Of a DNA stretch of 64,000 nucleotides, positions 24,510-37,390 are shown in pieces. Numbering within the stretch: position 1 is the stretch's first letter; each line of letters starts with the position of its first letter. The position numbers and the translations under genes are program-made. The notes under the pieces were generated by a model, which searched no databases, was not told the origin of the DNA, and saw only the letters and a program-made list of their open reading frames with translations. Origin of the DNA: Microthyrium microscopicum (taxonomy: Eukaryota); the NCBI GenBank assembly GCA_010405405.1, contig MU004231.1, positions 1 to 64,000 on the forward strand, read 5' to 3'.

Positions 24510-24972
24510 GATGACGTTATTGTCGAAAGGGGAAATGGCGTAAAGTTGCTGGCCTCTCTAGGGCGCTGGATGGGTCATATAGCGCCGCAGCGCCTAGACA
24601 TACTTGTTGGATTAGCAGTCTCGTAGGCGATAGTTCATGTTGGAATGAGTGAAGGTTGAGGCATATATCGCGTGGTGAGATTATAGAAAGGAGATCGATA
24701 TTGAGGCCGCCTGGGGCCTGGGCCACCAAAAAAGGCTGGAAAGTACACGCCGCCAAGCAGGGATGATCCATGCTCGCGGAGAAACCTCGGTAGATGGTTT
24801 TCATGACCTGCAACTTCTAGTATCTGCCAAGCCATCACTTTGAACGGTTCCAACGTTTGAGCTTGATCTACCTAGGTGTTCAAGTCACTCGCATTTTTGC
24901 CTTCTGATACTTTGAAGTTTGCGCAACACCTGAAAACCCTCATTGCAGACTGTCTATTTCCACATACCCATT

Positions 24973-25785
24973 ATGACCTCTCCAAGTCCCCAAAAATCAA
25001 CCTCCGAAGCTACATCCAGCAATGCGCCAACTCCTGAAAACGAGTCGCATCGCGAAGCTTCAGAAGATGGTGAACATACTCCGAGCCCAGAACACGACGT
25101 AGAGTCAGAACAACCTCCGCTACCAGACGAAGAAGCTCCTCCTCTTCCCGATGAAGACGCGCCGCCTCTCCCAGACGAAGCTCCACCACTACCAGATGAA
25201 GCACCACCAGACAATGATGATGGCTGGGAGCCCGTATGGGACGCGACAGCACAAGCATTCTATTTCTTCAATCGATTCACCAAAGCCACACAATGGGACA
25301 ACCCCCGCGTACCCATCGAACCCTCCGCAATTCCCTCCGTCGCAGGTCTAGGATCGCACGATCGGATAGGCAGCATTCCCAAGCCAAAGAAGAGCGTAGC
25401 GGGTGGCTACAATCCTGCTATCCACGGCGACTACGATCCAAACGCCGACTACGCGCAGGCTGCTGTAGACTCAGATGAGGAACAAAAGCCTGCGGTAGCA
25501 GCGGCAGCAGTAGTGGATGATTACACGGCGACGGGCACATTCAACCGCTTTACAGGCAAGTGGCAAGCGAGTACGCTAAATCCCGAGAACTATAACGACG
25601 AAAACAAGTCGAAGCGGCAAATGAATGCTTTTTTTGACGTTGATGCGGCGGCGAATACCCACGATGGGCGTAGTCTCAAGGCGGAGCGGCAAAATAAAAA
25701 GTTTAGTAAGAAGGAGATCAAAGCGTTCAAGGATAAGCGGCGGGAACGAAAAGAAGAAAAGAGACGCGCATGGTTGATGGATTGA
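24973..25785 (+). CDS. WW-domain protein with N-terminal PPLPDE repeats
   Basis: GWEPVWDATAQAFYFFNRFTKATQWDNP WW motif; basic C-terminus. First in-frame ATG at 24973 (ORF track starts at a TTG). Confidence 0.88.
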   Translation: MTSPSPQKSTSEATSSNAPTPENESHREASEDGEHTPSPEHDVESEQPPLPDEEAPPLPDEDAPPLPDEAPPLPDEAPPDNDDGWEPVWDATAQAFYFFNRFTKATQWDNPRVPIEPSAIPSVAGLGSHDRIGSIPKPKKSVAGGYNPAIHGDYDPNADYAQAAVDSDEEQKPAVAAAAVVDDYTATGTFNRFTGKWQASTLNPENYNDENKSKRQMNAFFDVDAAANTHDGRSLKAERQNKKFSKKEIKAFKDKRRERKEEKRRAWLMD

Positions 25786-26019
25786 TATGTTCATGAGCGA
25801 CTCTTCCTTGTGTATGTGTTTTTGATTATACTACTGTCAGCGTATGTAGCATTATTCCCAGCCGGATTGGATATACCATTTCCTCCGGTACATGAAAATC
25901 TATGAGACGGCCAATCGCCTCTTTTGAATGATCCCAAACATTGCGCATTATAGTACAGACCCGACCGCTCATGACCCAGTATCCATCTTCTCACCATCTA
26001 CGGCACCCTCAGTAGTTTC

Positions 26020-26642
26020 CTATTCCTCCCCATTTGCTTCACCTTCCTCACCATTCTCACCTTCATTTCCATCTCCTCCAACAGCCTCGTCCAATCCAGT
26101 CCCCTCTTTCAGTAACACATCCACCGCTTCCTCCTTCTCATTAACCTCCGCCTCATACAAAGCATCATGCCCCGCGCCATTCAGCACACTAGGATCTGCA
26201 CCATGCCTTAATAACTCCAATATGACCAGCACATGCCCATTTAGCGCCGCCCAATGTAGAGCCGTGTTTCCTGCGCCATTCTTTGCATTTACTATCGCAG
26301 GGGGCGGGACTGCTGGATTTGATAAGGTGTCTGTGTCCGCGAGCGGTTGTGCGCCGTGTAGTTTCAGTAAAAATTGGACGATTTCTGTGCCACAATATTA
26401 GCGCCCGCAGCTAGCTATAAGATGTTTCGTGAGGAGGTGTATGCACCAAGGTGGCCATTACCAGCGGCATAATGGAGGGGTGTGTTTTGACTGGACGCAT
26501 CGATGGCCGCGGAACAGATGGCTGATGCGCTGAGGGAGTGCGTGGTCGCGAGAGACTCGAGGGTGGATTGTAGGTCGGCGAGTTCGTTTGCGCGCGCAAA
26601 GTAGAGAATGTCGTCGGATTCGTCTTCGGTGAGGGTGGCCAT
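26020..26642 (-). CDS. Ankyrin-repeat protein, Yar1-like, 186 aa
   Basis: DDILYFARANE, TPLHYAAGNGH, GNTALHWAALNGH, acidic tail; intron 26385-26446 keeps the frame. Confidence 0.88.
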
Positions 26643-27012
26643 GTTTTGCGCGTTGGTGGTGTAAGGTAGAATGCGGAGGGTTGAAGTGGGTTGGGACCTG
26701 GAATTCAATTGGGAATACTTTTTTGGAGGGGTGAACGTCATTGGTGGGAAGGCTGGAGTTCAGCCTTATGGGTTGAGTCTACGATTTCAGATGCTCTCCT
26801 GCCCATCACCTTTTGATAAAAGAAGTCACTCTGGAGAAATATAGGTAGTGATGTGAGCGGTTGAGAGGTCGACTGTCATGAACTATGATTTGATTTAGAT
26901 TATTAGTGCAGCCAGGCTTGAAATGGGCATCAGATTAGTAGATACCATTAAACATTACATCTATCATTTCAACAAATCTGATTGTCTCTGCAAGCGTCCA
27001 AATCCTAGACTA

Positions 27013-28199
27013 CTAATCATAGACGACCGCCCTTGGACTCCCCACTCGTCTGGCAACCCTCGCTTCGACCGCTTCTTCCACAAGCGCATCATCCTCTTCG
27101 TCCCCCTCTCCCTCTCCATTGCTTCCACTGTCTATGTCCTTGTACCAAAAGAACTGCACAAACACTCCTAAATCCAGAACTAGCGATCCGGCACTCCCCA
27201 AAATCCATGATGCGTTCACAGCAATATATCGCCAATATATTCTAGCCGCCTCACCGTTCCGACACTTGCTTGGATGCTTGCAGATCGGCTCATACGCCAT
27301 AATGCTCAGCGCATACGTCAGGTTGCCCAACACAGCAAATAGAAAGAACAGCATATTCAGTCCACTTGTAGACTTGCGACGGTAGTTGAGCAGTAGCTGC
27401 GGAATACGTGAGGCGAGGTACAAGAGAGCGCAAATATATCCAAAGATTTGACCAAGAACGCTGAAAGGCAGAGCATCATAGAGCCGCTCAGACGGTGGAG
27501 TGGTGAGGCGCGCGAGCGCCCAGCCGAGTACGCCAGCAACGCTAACGAAGCTGAGGGCCAGACAGTTGAAGATGATGGTGCGGGATGGTGTAGCGCGAGT
27601 GACTGCCGGCGAGAACTCCTCTTCAGTAATTTCTGGGACGAGTGGCGTAGCAGGTGAGAGGTGCGTAGCATCTACAGCAAGGAGATGATCGCGAAACGAG
27701 TCGAAGGAGCTACGACGACGGTCTGCTGCGGCTGGCGTGAGGTAAGTTGAGTCCTGAAGGAGCGTGCTGATGAGTGGTGTGCGCTCAGTGTCGTTGGATT
27801 GAGGAAGCGGAGCCGGCTTGGTGTCATTGTCCGAGAGTGTGAAGCCGCGATAGTAGAAGATTTGGCAGAGAAGAGCTAGATCTGCTAGAGTGTAATAGAC
27901 AGCAAGTATGATCTGATAATTCGATTAGCAGTCGATTTTCAAGACCATGGTCGATAGTACTCATTTACCATTGTAGGAAGCACACCTTGTAGTACTGCTC
28001 CGAGTATGTTGAAGAGATCTCCAATTAGCCAAGCGGCTATAAAAATGGTAGAAAGCCCATCAGCAGATCCGCGCTGAAAGTTTTCGAAGATTTGCGGTGA
28101 GAATACAACAACCCAACAAGCAATGGATATAGAGCCTATTATGCCACTGACTGCTTCGATATCAAGACTGAAGCCCTGAGAAGGTGGATATAAAACCAT
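27013..28199 (-). CDS. PQ-loop vacuolar cationic amino-acid transporter (Ypq/PQLC2 family), 376 aa
   Basis: Two PQ motifs (VVFSPQIFENF, ASRIPQLLLNY) with TM helices; intron 27913-27968. Confidence 0.9.
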
Positions 28200-28695
28200 A
28201 TCGATTGACCGAATTGATAATCGAACCGATAGAGCCAATTAGAGTGGGAGGAAGACCTGGGACCAATTACAGGTACACTGATTAGTGGCGTTGTAAGAGA
28301 TGATCTATATATCTATCATGCTGTTGGCACGATGTCTGTCCCTAGGATAGAAGTTATAGAAAATGTCAATAAAATGTGACAAGAGTAGAGGTTGGAACCG
28401 GGACGTTGGTTGAAGAAAATGATATCGGATGGGGCATACCTTTTAGTGGCGCTTCCACCCAAACCCTGCTAGTCAGAGTCGGATAGTCGACTCAACAAGA
28501 TCATCCGGGACTAATTGGTAGTGGTGTAGCGGTGTAGACTTTCTAGTTCAACTGCTCGAATATGAATATCATGATATCGCTCTTCTATTGTGGTAATATT
28601 CGTGAAAAACTCAATCGCTTCAAAATGCTCCTATCAATCCCCTTAGTGATCAATCGCGCGAAAACTACAAACGATAGCATACCCGCTTTCATAAC

Positions 28696-31477
28696 CTAAA
28701 GATTATTCTCCGCCTTAAACTTGTCCCAAGCCTCATTCAACGTGCTGAACACAGCAGAACTTATCATCTTCTGCTCCGTTGAAGCTGTTTGCGAAACCTA
28801 ATCACCACCGTTAGCTGTCAAGTTTCGAGAGTGCCATGTGAAACAAACATACCTTATCTGGATGTACCTTTGCAATCGCCTTCATGTACACAATCTTTAC
28901 TTTATTCGCCATAACCAACTCATGCATGCCAACCTTCTTCCAATTCGCTTCTTCCCAGAGTACCTTATCCAGCGAGCCCAGCAGCGCACGCAGATTATCC
29001 GCTTTACTACCTCGCCATGCTAGTAGTTTAGCATCCACCTGGTCCATGAGTGAGAACTTTTCATCATCCGCCTTCTCTGCTGCCGCGTTGGCCGCGCGCA
29101 ACTTCTTGACTGCATCTGCTGAAGCAGCAGTATTCACCTGCGGTCTACGTACTGGTGCCGCTGGCTTCGGGCGCGCAGCTGCTGCTCTTGGCGCACTTGA
29201 CTGCGCGCGCGGCTGCTGAGAGCCACCACCAGCAGCCTTCTCACAGCGATTCCGACCCTGAATAGCTAATCCACCGCCAACACCAGCTTCAACGGCTAGG
29301 CGCCATACTGATGCAGCATCGGCCCATTTCTCCATGTGTTCGAGGGCTTCGGCTTTCCGCATAAGCGCTTTACCATAAAACTCTTTCATGTCCTTGGTGC
29401 CTTCCGTGCCGCCAAGGGCAATCTTCTCGCCTTCGCCGCGAGAGACGCCAATAATCTCAAGCGCGTTTTCTGCATCAGCAACCGCAGCTTTGGGTTCGCC
29501 GACTTTGATGTTAGCGAGGGCGCGGTTACAGAGGACAATGATAGTGACAGGATGTGTGGAAGGAAGCGGACTGAGGGCGCTGGAATAGGCTGCGTGGGCA
29601 CTGGCATAGTCGCCACGCTTAAACGCTTCTGTGCCGGTTTGACGATGGGACGCGGATGTGGAGAGGGCGGAGGAGGAAGCTGGTGGGATTTGGCGTGGTG
29701 GTGCTCTAGGTCTTGGAGGTGTTGGACTGGGCGTTTGTCTGGCTGGCTTTTGGGAGACATTGAGGAAGGGATTAGATGATGTCGTTGGAGGTGACGATAG
29801 TGGAGATTTGACACGAGCTGGTGCTGCAGGTATCGGTTCAGGGGTAGAGTTGGCTGGTGAGGTTTGTGGTTTCCGTCTACGTGCAGCGCTCACATAGGGC
29901 TGTGGTGTCTCTTTTTCAAGATCCTGCCGTGTGAGACGTGAAGCGGAGCGGCTTGTTGCCTCTCTTCCAAGACCATCTCTAAATGACTCTTGTGGAGAAC
30001 TGGATCGATTTTCGAAAGGGTTTCGCGATTTGGACCCAAACGAATCTGGTGAATCTACTCGAGCAGGCTGCCGATTTCCCGATGGTCTCGAGGGTAAAGA
30101 TGGTCTTCCATCTCCAGATTCAAGCATCATAGCTTCATCTGTAACATCGGCCTTTGCCTTTTTCTGTGCTGCACTCTTTTCAGCTGCTTCCGCTAATTGA
30201 GCATCTCTCATCCACTTTGGCTGATTGGTATCTCCTTCCGGCTGGTTCAAATCCGCAACTACTCTTTGCACCTTTTTTTGGCTTGTTTTCCAGAGCGAAC
30301 CAGCTGATTTCAGAAATGAGCTCCCTATTTCAGAGGCATATTGAGTGACATCCTTCTCCTTGCTCGCTTGATTGCTGTTCCTTGAACTAGAACGTGATTC
30401 GTCTTGGTTTTTCATCCACGAAGGCATCGAATCATCTCCAGGTCTCCTCCTAGCGCCAGAGTCCACTTCTCTTTGAGGTCTTCGTTGACTTGGCACATCC
30501 TCCCTGTCACTTGCCGGTCTTGTCTTCTTTCGAGATTCTTCGTGTGCTTGATTAAGCAGTATGCCAACTGCGGCTTGTACGTCCGTTCCTGAGTCGGTTT
30601 GCGCCAGAGCAATAGCCGCCTTCTCGAGAGAAAATCCCATATCTACCAACTCAGCAGCAGCTTTATCCTGTGCGTTGCTTGGAACATTGTCTTCCTCATC
30701 AGAACTTGAATCCAAAGCAGGTCTCTCCTCCCTTTGAGGCTCAGGAGCAGCAAACTCGTCAACAGGCCGTGAAAGCATGCCCAGTATATCATCGTCCTGA
30801 CTTGCCGACGGCGCCGGTTGGACAATTGGTTGCTTCGCAGTGAATTGACTCAGACCGAATGGATCGTCGTCGTCATCTGGAAAAGCATTGGAAAAAGGCG
30901 GTTTGGGAGCTACATTCGCCGGTGTGCTTCTACCGCTATTCGCAAGCTGCGGAGGAAAGTGACTCGAAGCATCAACTTTCGCCGATGAATTAAAAGCTGC
31001 CAATATATCTTCCACTGCTTCATCCTTCTTTGTGTTCCCACTTCCAGGAGCCGCAATCGGTTGAGGCGTTGAAGGCTTGGATGGCTGCAAAGCACCTAAA
31101 CTTCCATTCGAACTTCCAGTGCCATTCCAACCTGCAGCACCTAGCGACCCAAAGTGCGAGTCCAACTGTTTTGCCTTCTTTGCTTTTTCTTCTTGTAATA
31201 GGCGCTGTCTCTCCTGCAAAGACAGATTATTGGTGCTTTTAGCGGGCCCACTCGATAGTAAGCTGGCAAAACTATCATTCGCAGGTGTCGCGGGCTTGGA
31301 ACCGATCTTTTGGGAAGGAAGAGAGCTTGAAGTGGTTGGTGGCCGAAATGCGCTTGGAGTTGATCTTCCCGATATTGATGGGCTCGGAGTTGGGCGTAAG
31401 GAAGGGAAGGTTTGAGGGGTGGGTTTGAGAGCTGATTTGGCGGGACTGTTCCAATCCAGGCCGTTAAGGTCATCCAT
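28696..31477 (-). CDS. SWA2: Auxilin-like clathrin-uncoating co-chaperone (UBA + TPR + J domain)
   Basis: UBA (ELVDMGFS), TPR (GTEAFKRGDY…NRALANIK), J-domain HPDK. Intron 28798-28852; last exon VSQTASTEQKMISSAVFSTLNEAWDKFK. Confidence 0.9.
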
Positions 31478-32167
31478 AGTCCATATAGTTTATTCAATGT
31501 TCAATGGTTTGTTGCGGGTAGAAGACGATGTCGCGTGGTGGTATGTTTAAGCTGTTTGGATTGATGCTTGGCATTGAGTTGAGGCTCCGAAAGCTGAGGC
31601 TCGATTAGTCAGCCACGTGCAATGCCCATACATCAAGCGAGCTGCGAAGAGCATTGGCAGCTTCACTTCTATAGCATCGTCACTGGACAAGAATTTCAAG
31701 TCTTGAGTATCTTCAAGTAAGTCAAGCGGCACGAAGTCACATTGAGGGATGAGACGCATTCCCAGAAGGACAGAATACTTGGTGTGCTTCCATCAGCTTG
31801 GCTGGCTCCCACCAGCTACCTACGTTATTATTGATTCCCTCATTTCTTGGAGACGATAATGATATATTGACCTCTTATCAGGCACGACGGGAAACATTTG
31901 AAAGTACTAGCTTTGGAATAATTCATTATGGATTGCGGAACGTCACAAGTATCAAAATATCACAAGTTGATCAACAGTAACGATATTTCATTCAGCGTAT
32001 TGAGCATGGTCCATGCGAGCAACCTTCCTAGGTATAATCCCAACGACGCCAACCATCATCATAAAGACAAACAAGAAGAGCAATAAGCGTCAACATGCTT
32101 CCGCTAATCGCAGAGAGCCACCAACAAGCGTTTGTAATCACCACTATTAAACGTCAGCCAGGCTCCG

Positions 32168-33481
32168 CTATTGACAGAGAGCCGCCATCAACCTCTTATA
32201 ATCCCCGCTCGTCTCGCCCTCAACGCGCTGCTTAAGTTCCCGATGATGGAACTTGCGATACGCGATCTTGACCTGTCGCATATGCTCACGGTTCCAGTGC
32301 GCGCGCACCATGCGTGTTACCAATTGCTCATCCTTAGTGCCCATACCCTTCATTGATAGCTCTAGCTGATCCGCGTCAGACTTGACTGGGTCGGCTGCTC
32401 GAGCAGCCATTAACCGTAGGGCATCGCGCATGTGGCCGGAGAAGTTCTTATCGAAGAGGGTATCGAGATTCTTGCGAAACTTCGCCTCGTAGCGCACGTT
32501 CATGGCTCTTATCATGCCAGAACTTGCATGTGCCATTATCTGGCTTACTATTTCCTGATTTGTGCCGAATTTTGTGCCTTCAGTTGCTTGTTGGAGACGG
32601 TCTACATTTTGCTCTACTTCGTGAGGATGTACTGGAGCACTTTCTTCCGCCCGTCGACCCTCAAGAACCATTTCGAAAAGAGTCTTCGTCTTCATGCTGA
32701 GATCCTCGCGAATTTCCTTGGCGAGATCCTTGTGTAGCCAATTTTGATAGCACTCCTTGATAGCGTGAATGTCTGCGTTAGACCGGCCGAGAACAACATC
32801 GTTTAGCAACGCTTCTTTTGTGCCAGCGCCCCGAATCGCGTGGTCGATTTGCCAGCAGTCTTGTAGGAGAGGTCCACGAGCGAGGGCAAGCAAGCCCATG
32901 CGGAAGTAGCCGCTGGTTTCCGACTCAATATCTTTGAGCAGGTTTCGTCGGAAGCGGTCGTCGTAGGTATGGCGAAGCTTGAGCATGTGCGGCGCATCGG
33001 GCACTTGAACGAGGGCAGCGATGAGTTTCGCTTCATCTGTACCGAATCCTTTCATTGCTTCGCGGACTGCTGTTGCTGGACCGTTCATGTCGGTTGGCGG
33101 TATGACGCGTGGATCATATCCGAGAGTTGGTTGTGCTGGTGGTCCATATCCAGCGGGCGGTCCTTGTGGTGGAGGGGGTTGGCCATAGCCGGCTGGTGGA
33201 GGACCGCCTTGAGGTTGAGGATATGGAGAGTGTGATGATGGACCAGGGTATTGCTGTTGCTGGCCTGGTGGAGGTCCGTATCCTGGCTGAGGACTACCCG
33301 GGTAGCCTTGTTGAGGATAGCCTTGCGGTGGTGGCGGCTGTTGCTGGTATTGTGTATGAGGAGGATATTGGCCGTAACCTTGCTGCTGAGGAGGAGGGTA
33401 GCCTTGATGTTGGGGAGGAGGATAGCCTTGCTGTGGCGCTCCGTATGGCGGTTGTTGTTGCCAGCCTTGATTGTATGCCAT
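32168..33481 (-). CDS. Annexin with P/G/Q/Y-rich N-terminal tail (ANXA7/A11-like)
   Basis: Four annexin repeats (AMKGFGTDE, GAGTKE, FGTNQ, MKGMGTKDE, ETSGDY). Confidence 0.95.
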   Translation of the reverse strand: MAYNQGWQQQPPYGAPQQGYPPPQHQGYPPPQQQGYGQYPPHTQYQQQPPPPQGYPQQGYPGSPQPGYGPPPGQQQQYPGPSSHSPYPQPQGGPPPAGYGQPPPPQGPPAGYGPPAQPTLGYDPRVIPPTDMNGPATAVREAMKGFGTDEAKLIAALVQVPDAPHMLKLRHTYDDRFRRNLLKDIESETSGYFRMGLLALARGPLLQDCWQIDHAIRGAGTKEALLNDVVLGRSNADIHAIKECYQNWLHKDLAKEIREDLSMKTKTLFEMVLEGRRAEESAPVHPHEVEQNVDRLQQATEGTKFGTNQEIVSQIMAHASSGMIRAMNVRYEAKFRKNLDTLFDKNFSGHMRDALRLMAARAADPVKSDADQLELSMKGMGTKDEQLVTRMVRAHWNREHMRQVKIAYRKFHHRELKQRVEGETSGDYKRLMAALCQ

Positions 33482-34200
33482 TGCGGACAGAGAGTTCTGG
33501 TGTAGTAGTTTTGGACTTTTGGTTTGGTATAAGCTCTGCAGTTTGACCTGATGCTTATGAGGTTGTGGTGTTGTAAGGGTGTAGTAAGAGTTCGTAAGTC
33601 AGAAGAAGACTAGGTTGGTGACATTGAGGTTCAGGATTCTTATATGAAGAGGATACCTAGAGTGGTGAATGAGGCAGTGAAGACGATGGCGTGGATTGGC
33701 AACGAGGCTGAGCAAAAGATGGTGATGCAGCAATGATGTATGCGAAGCGAACTCGAGCTTGCCTTGCCTTTGCCCCGCTACAAATCCACCAAATCCACCA
33801 AATCCACCTTCACCTGGGGCACTTTGTCTAACCGCAATTTGTTTAGACTGCGCCGCAGTGAGTTTTTGACAAATTGACATTTGGGTAAGGGCGTTCAGCA
33901 TCTTGATGGTGGTGAGTCTGTCTCCAAGTTTGGAATTGATAGATAGCCCCTTGGAGTGGCGCAGTCGCAAACTTGAACAAACCTTCGGGTATGATCGAGA
34001 TGATATAGCCATATACTTGTCAAATTAACAAATTACGAAGATTGTCCATCCGAGTAACTGCTTAATTGTGAAGATGATGCTGGTAAAGACTGGAAGCAAT
34101 CATGCTGGGGGTACCCCAATGTACGACACCAACCTTCATTATATCATGACTTGTAGAGAAACAAGAAGAAAGAGATATATTCAAACAGCCAATCGAACTG

Positions 34201-36075
34201 TTACCCTTCCCCTCTCGTCTCATCATCCAGAATCATCCTCTCCCCATCCTCATGTCTTCTCCGACGTCTCCGTGCCTTGGACTCTATCTGACTCGACAAT
34301 TGTTCAAGTCTCCGATCACACTCATCTTCCTCTTCAGCAGTCAACAATGGCTCTTCCTCCGCCGCATCCATCGCCTTGCTCAATAGATCCGTTGCAATCG
34401 GATCTTGCGGACTCACCGCCAACGCCTCATGTAGCGCAATCAATGCGCCCCGATTATCGCCCATATTCAACAACACCAATCCCTTTGCGCTAAACACTCC
34501 CGCATCCTTCCCACCCAGTCTCAACACCTCGTCAAATTCAGACAATGCCTCGCGAAATCGATGCATTCGTCGAAACGTGTGTGCCAAATTGCTGCGCGTC
34601 GATATCCACGCTTTAGGATCCGCGCCGACGTCTTGTGCTATCTTGAGGGCTGCGCGGAACATGCGTGCTGCGTCTTCGAGCGTTTCTTCATGGTAGTGTA
34701 CCACGCCTACTTCGTTGAGTAGTAGCGGGTCTGTCTGGCAAAGTTGATATGCCGAATTGAGGTATTCGCGCGCCAAGCGCAGATTGCCGAGCTGAATGTT
34801 TTGCATCCCGAGGAACAGGGAGGGGAGATGTGTACCTTGGAAGAGGCGCGCGGCGGTTGAGTAAGCGGAGATGGCTTGGTCATGCTCGCCCTCGGCTGCG
34901 AAGGTGTGTGCGAAGCCGATCCAGGCCGGTCCAAAGTGTGGATCGAGGATTGACGCTTTGGAGAAGAAGCGCCGTGCGGAGGCGATCTGGTTGATGCTGA
35001 GGTAGTAGACGCCGATTGCGAGATGCGTGGCAGGCTCGGAGGGGTGGGTATCGGCGAGGCTGTGAGCGAGGAGATAGAGCGCATTCTTCTCAGAGAGTTC
35101 GTATAGACATGCTAGTTGAATAGGGAGAGCTGGGAAATTATATGGGTCGGCGTCTAGGATGGATGTGGTGAGAGCCAATGCGTCACGGAATCGGCATTGT
35201 GTGAAGAATAGAGAGGCATTGGCGAGGAGGATATCGGGGTTTCTAGAGAGATTAAAGTGTGTTGATAGGGTCTCTGTTGCGTTCTTGAGCTCGGCAGGAT
35301 GTGAGTATTTGGACATTCGAGTAATGTATAAAAGTTTTGTAAAATCCGCAGCTTTTTGAGAGATGGAAGGATCTGAACCATCTCCTACTGCAATGCTGTC
35401 AAAGTTGAGAGATTCTAGAAAAGACCATTCTTCTTCCGGAGACATTAAAGCGTTAGTCATTAAGGCATCGAATGCTTCAAAGCATTGTACATCAATCCGA
35501 ACAGCATCTTTATAGCACTCCTTTGCTCGATCAAAAGCATTCTGTTTGGCATGGCAAAGACCACGAAGATAGCACATGGCCGCTTCAGCTCGTATACTAT
35601 CCATCGGCTCAAGCATTCTATCTTCGCTTCGATCGATTCGTTCTTGTCGAAAGACCTTTGGTTCTTTTCCAATGCCATTTCTCGCCCGCGAGACATTTTG
35701 TAACTTTCGGCGATTGTCATCGGCTGATGTTATCAGATGGACCGGATTCTTGTCGCCAAGAAGAGTAAGGGCGTCGTCGTATTTGGCTTGTTTGACATAA
35801 CATAGGGCGGCGAGGTATTTACAGGAGGGATTTCGTGAGGTTAAATGGGATCGTGATAGGACGCTTTGGGCTCGAACATAATTGCCGAGATTGAAATGGA
35901 TAGAAGCAAGCCACCAAGCATCTTGCTCGCTATCTGAGAGAGTTTAGTACGGAAGACTAGCAAGAGCAGAGTACTCACTCGTTATAGCAAGCAATTTATC
36001 GGCAATGAAAATAGCGGTCTCAAACTGATGTCTGTCCACAGCGGTTTTGCGCCATTCGCGTAGGTATTGTTCCAT
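34201..36075 (-). CDS. cut9: Anaphase-promoting complex subunit 6 (Cut9/Cdc16)
   Basis: N-terminus MEQYLREWR…AIFIADKLLA; TPR array with FGPAWIGFAHTFAAEGEHDQAISAYSTAARLFQGTHLP; intron 35934-35978. Confidence 0.93.
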
Positions 36076-36493
36076 CGTTCAGGTGGAATACTAGAAAAAG
36101 TCGTAATTCGTGAGTCATGGGAGATATGCAAAGTCGGGAATTATGCAAGCAGCGAATCCATTAGTCGTCGAGGGTATAATTAGGTTTATTGTTTTGCTAG
36201 GAGAGAAGAGATGGTTGTCACCAAGTTGGACAGTTGAGATCAACACCAACATTGAAAGTTGACGCGCCTGTTCAGTGTTCGTGCCTGCCAAAGTGCCAAA
36301 GTGGAGGGGCCAGTGCGTGGCTTTCAGGGCCCCCCTGCTTAGCTTAGTTACCCCACATGCCACGTGAAAGTCCTGCCTAACCCTGGTCAATAAATATATC
36401 TTCGTCCAGCTCTTCTACATCTTCCTCTACATCCAAAATACCGCCTTCGCCTTCTACCATCGCACTTACAAGTAACGACTACAACGAAACACC

Positions 36494-37264
36494 ATGTCGG
36501 AACGAAAAGTCCTCCAGAAATACTATCCCCCAGACTTCGATCACACCAAGATCACAAAGTCCAAGGGTCCCAAATCCACCAAACTCCCCACCGTCCGCCT
36601 AATGACCCCCTTCGCTATGCGATGTACGCGATGCGGCACCTGGATCCCCAAATCCAAAAAGTTCAACGCGCGCAAAGAAACACCCGAAGGCGACAAATAT
36701 CTCGGCATACAAAAGTTCCGCTTCTACCTCCGATGTCCAGGCTGCTCTGGCGAGATATCCTTCATGACAGATCCCAAGAACATGGACTACGTCGCCGAAG
36801 CTGGCGCAAAGCGAAACTTTGAACCATGGCGCGAAAATCATGTGGAGGAAACGGATGAGGAGAGATTAAGGAGGTTAGAGGCGGAGGAGGTGGAGGTTGA
36901 TCCTATGCAGGATCTTGAGGCGAAGATGCATGATGCTCAGGAAGATATGCAGGTGGCGGATGCGCTTGACGAGATTCGGGCTGCCAATATGCGACATTTG
37001 AAAGCGGCGGAGGGAGGGGAGGTTACTGTTGCGCCAGATGCTGTGGATGAGGAGAGAGAGCGGCAGGAGGCTGATGATGCTGAAGCTGCTCGCTTAGCAT
37101 TTCAGAAGGTGGGCGCGGCTGAGCCATTGGAAGACTTACAGTCTGTTCAGGAAGTAGCGGAGCCTGCTGAAGTCATACCCATCATTACAACATCATTCAA
37201 GCGGACATTCAAGAAAAAGAAGGATTTTGGTGCTGCGCTTGGACTCAAGAAGAAGACATCTTGA
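36494..37264 (+). CDS. YJU2: Splicing factor Yju2/Cwc16 (CCDC94 family)
   Basis: MSERKVLQKYYPPDFD, CTRC…KFNARKE…CPGC…TDPKNMDY zinc-knuckle domain. Confidence 0.93.
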   Translation: MSERKVLQKYYPPDFDHTKITKSKGPKSTKLPTVRLMTPFAMRCTRCGTWIPKSKKFNARKETPEGDKYLGIQKFRFYLRCPGCSGEISFMTDPKNMDYVAEAGAKRNFEPWRENHVEETDEERLRRLEAEEVEVDPMQDLEAKMHDAQEDMQVADALDEIRAANMRHLKAAEGGEVTVAPDAVDEERERQEADDAEAARLAFQKVGAAEPLEDLQSVQEVAEPAEVIPIITTSFKRTFKKKKDFGAALGLKKKTS

Positions 37265-37390
37265 ATTGCCTTGATTTGCAACGTGATAGATATTTAGCGT
37301 GGAGTTTAGGATATGCATATTAGCTATTATTTGATATAATTACAATCTATCGTCCCAACATATCGCGCCGCCCTACCAAGTCGTACATCT

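Noticed and set aside
33782..33808. (AAATCCACC)3 upstream of annexin
   Set aside because: Ordinary short tandem repeat with no supporting evidence of function.
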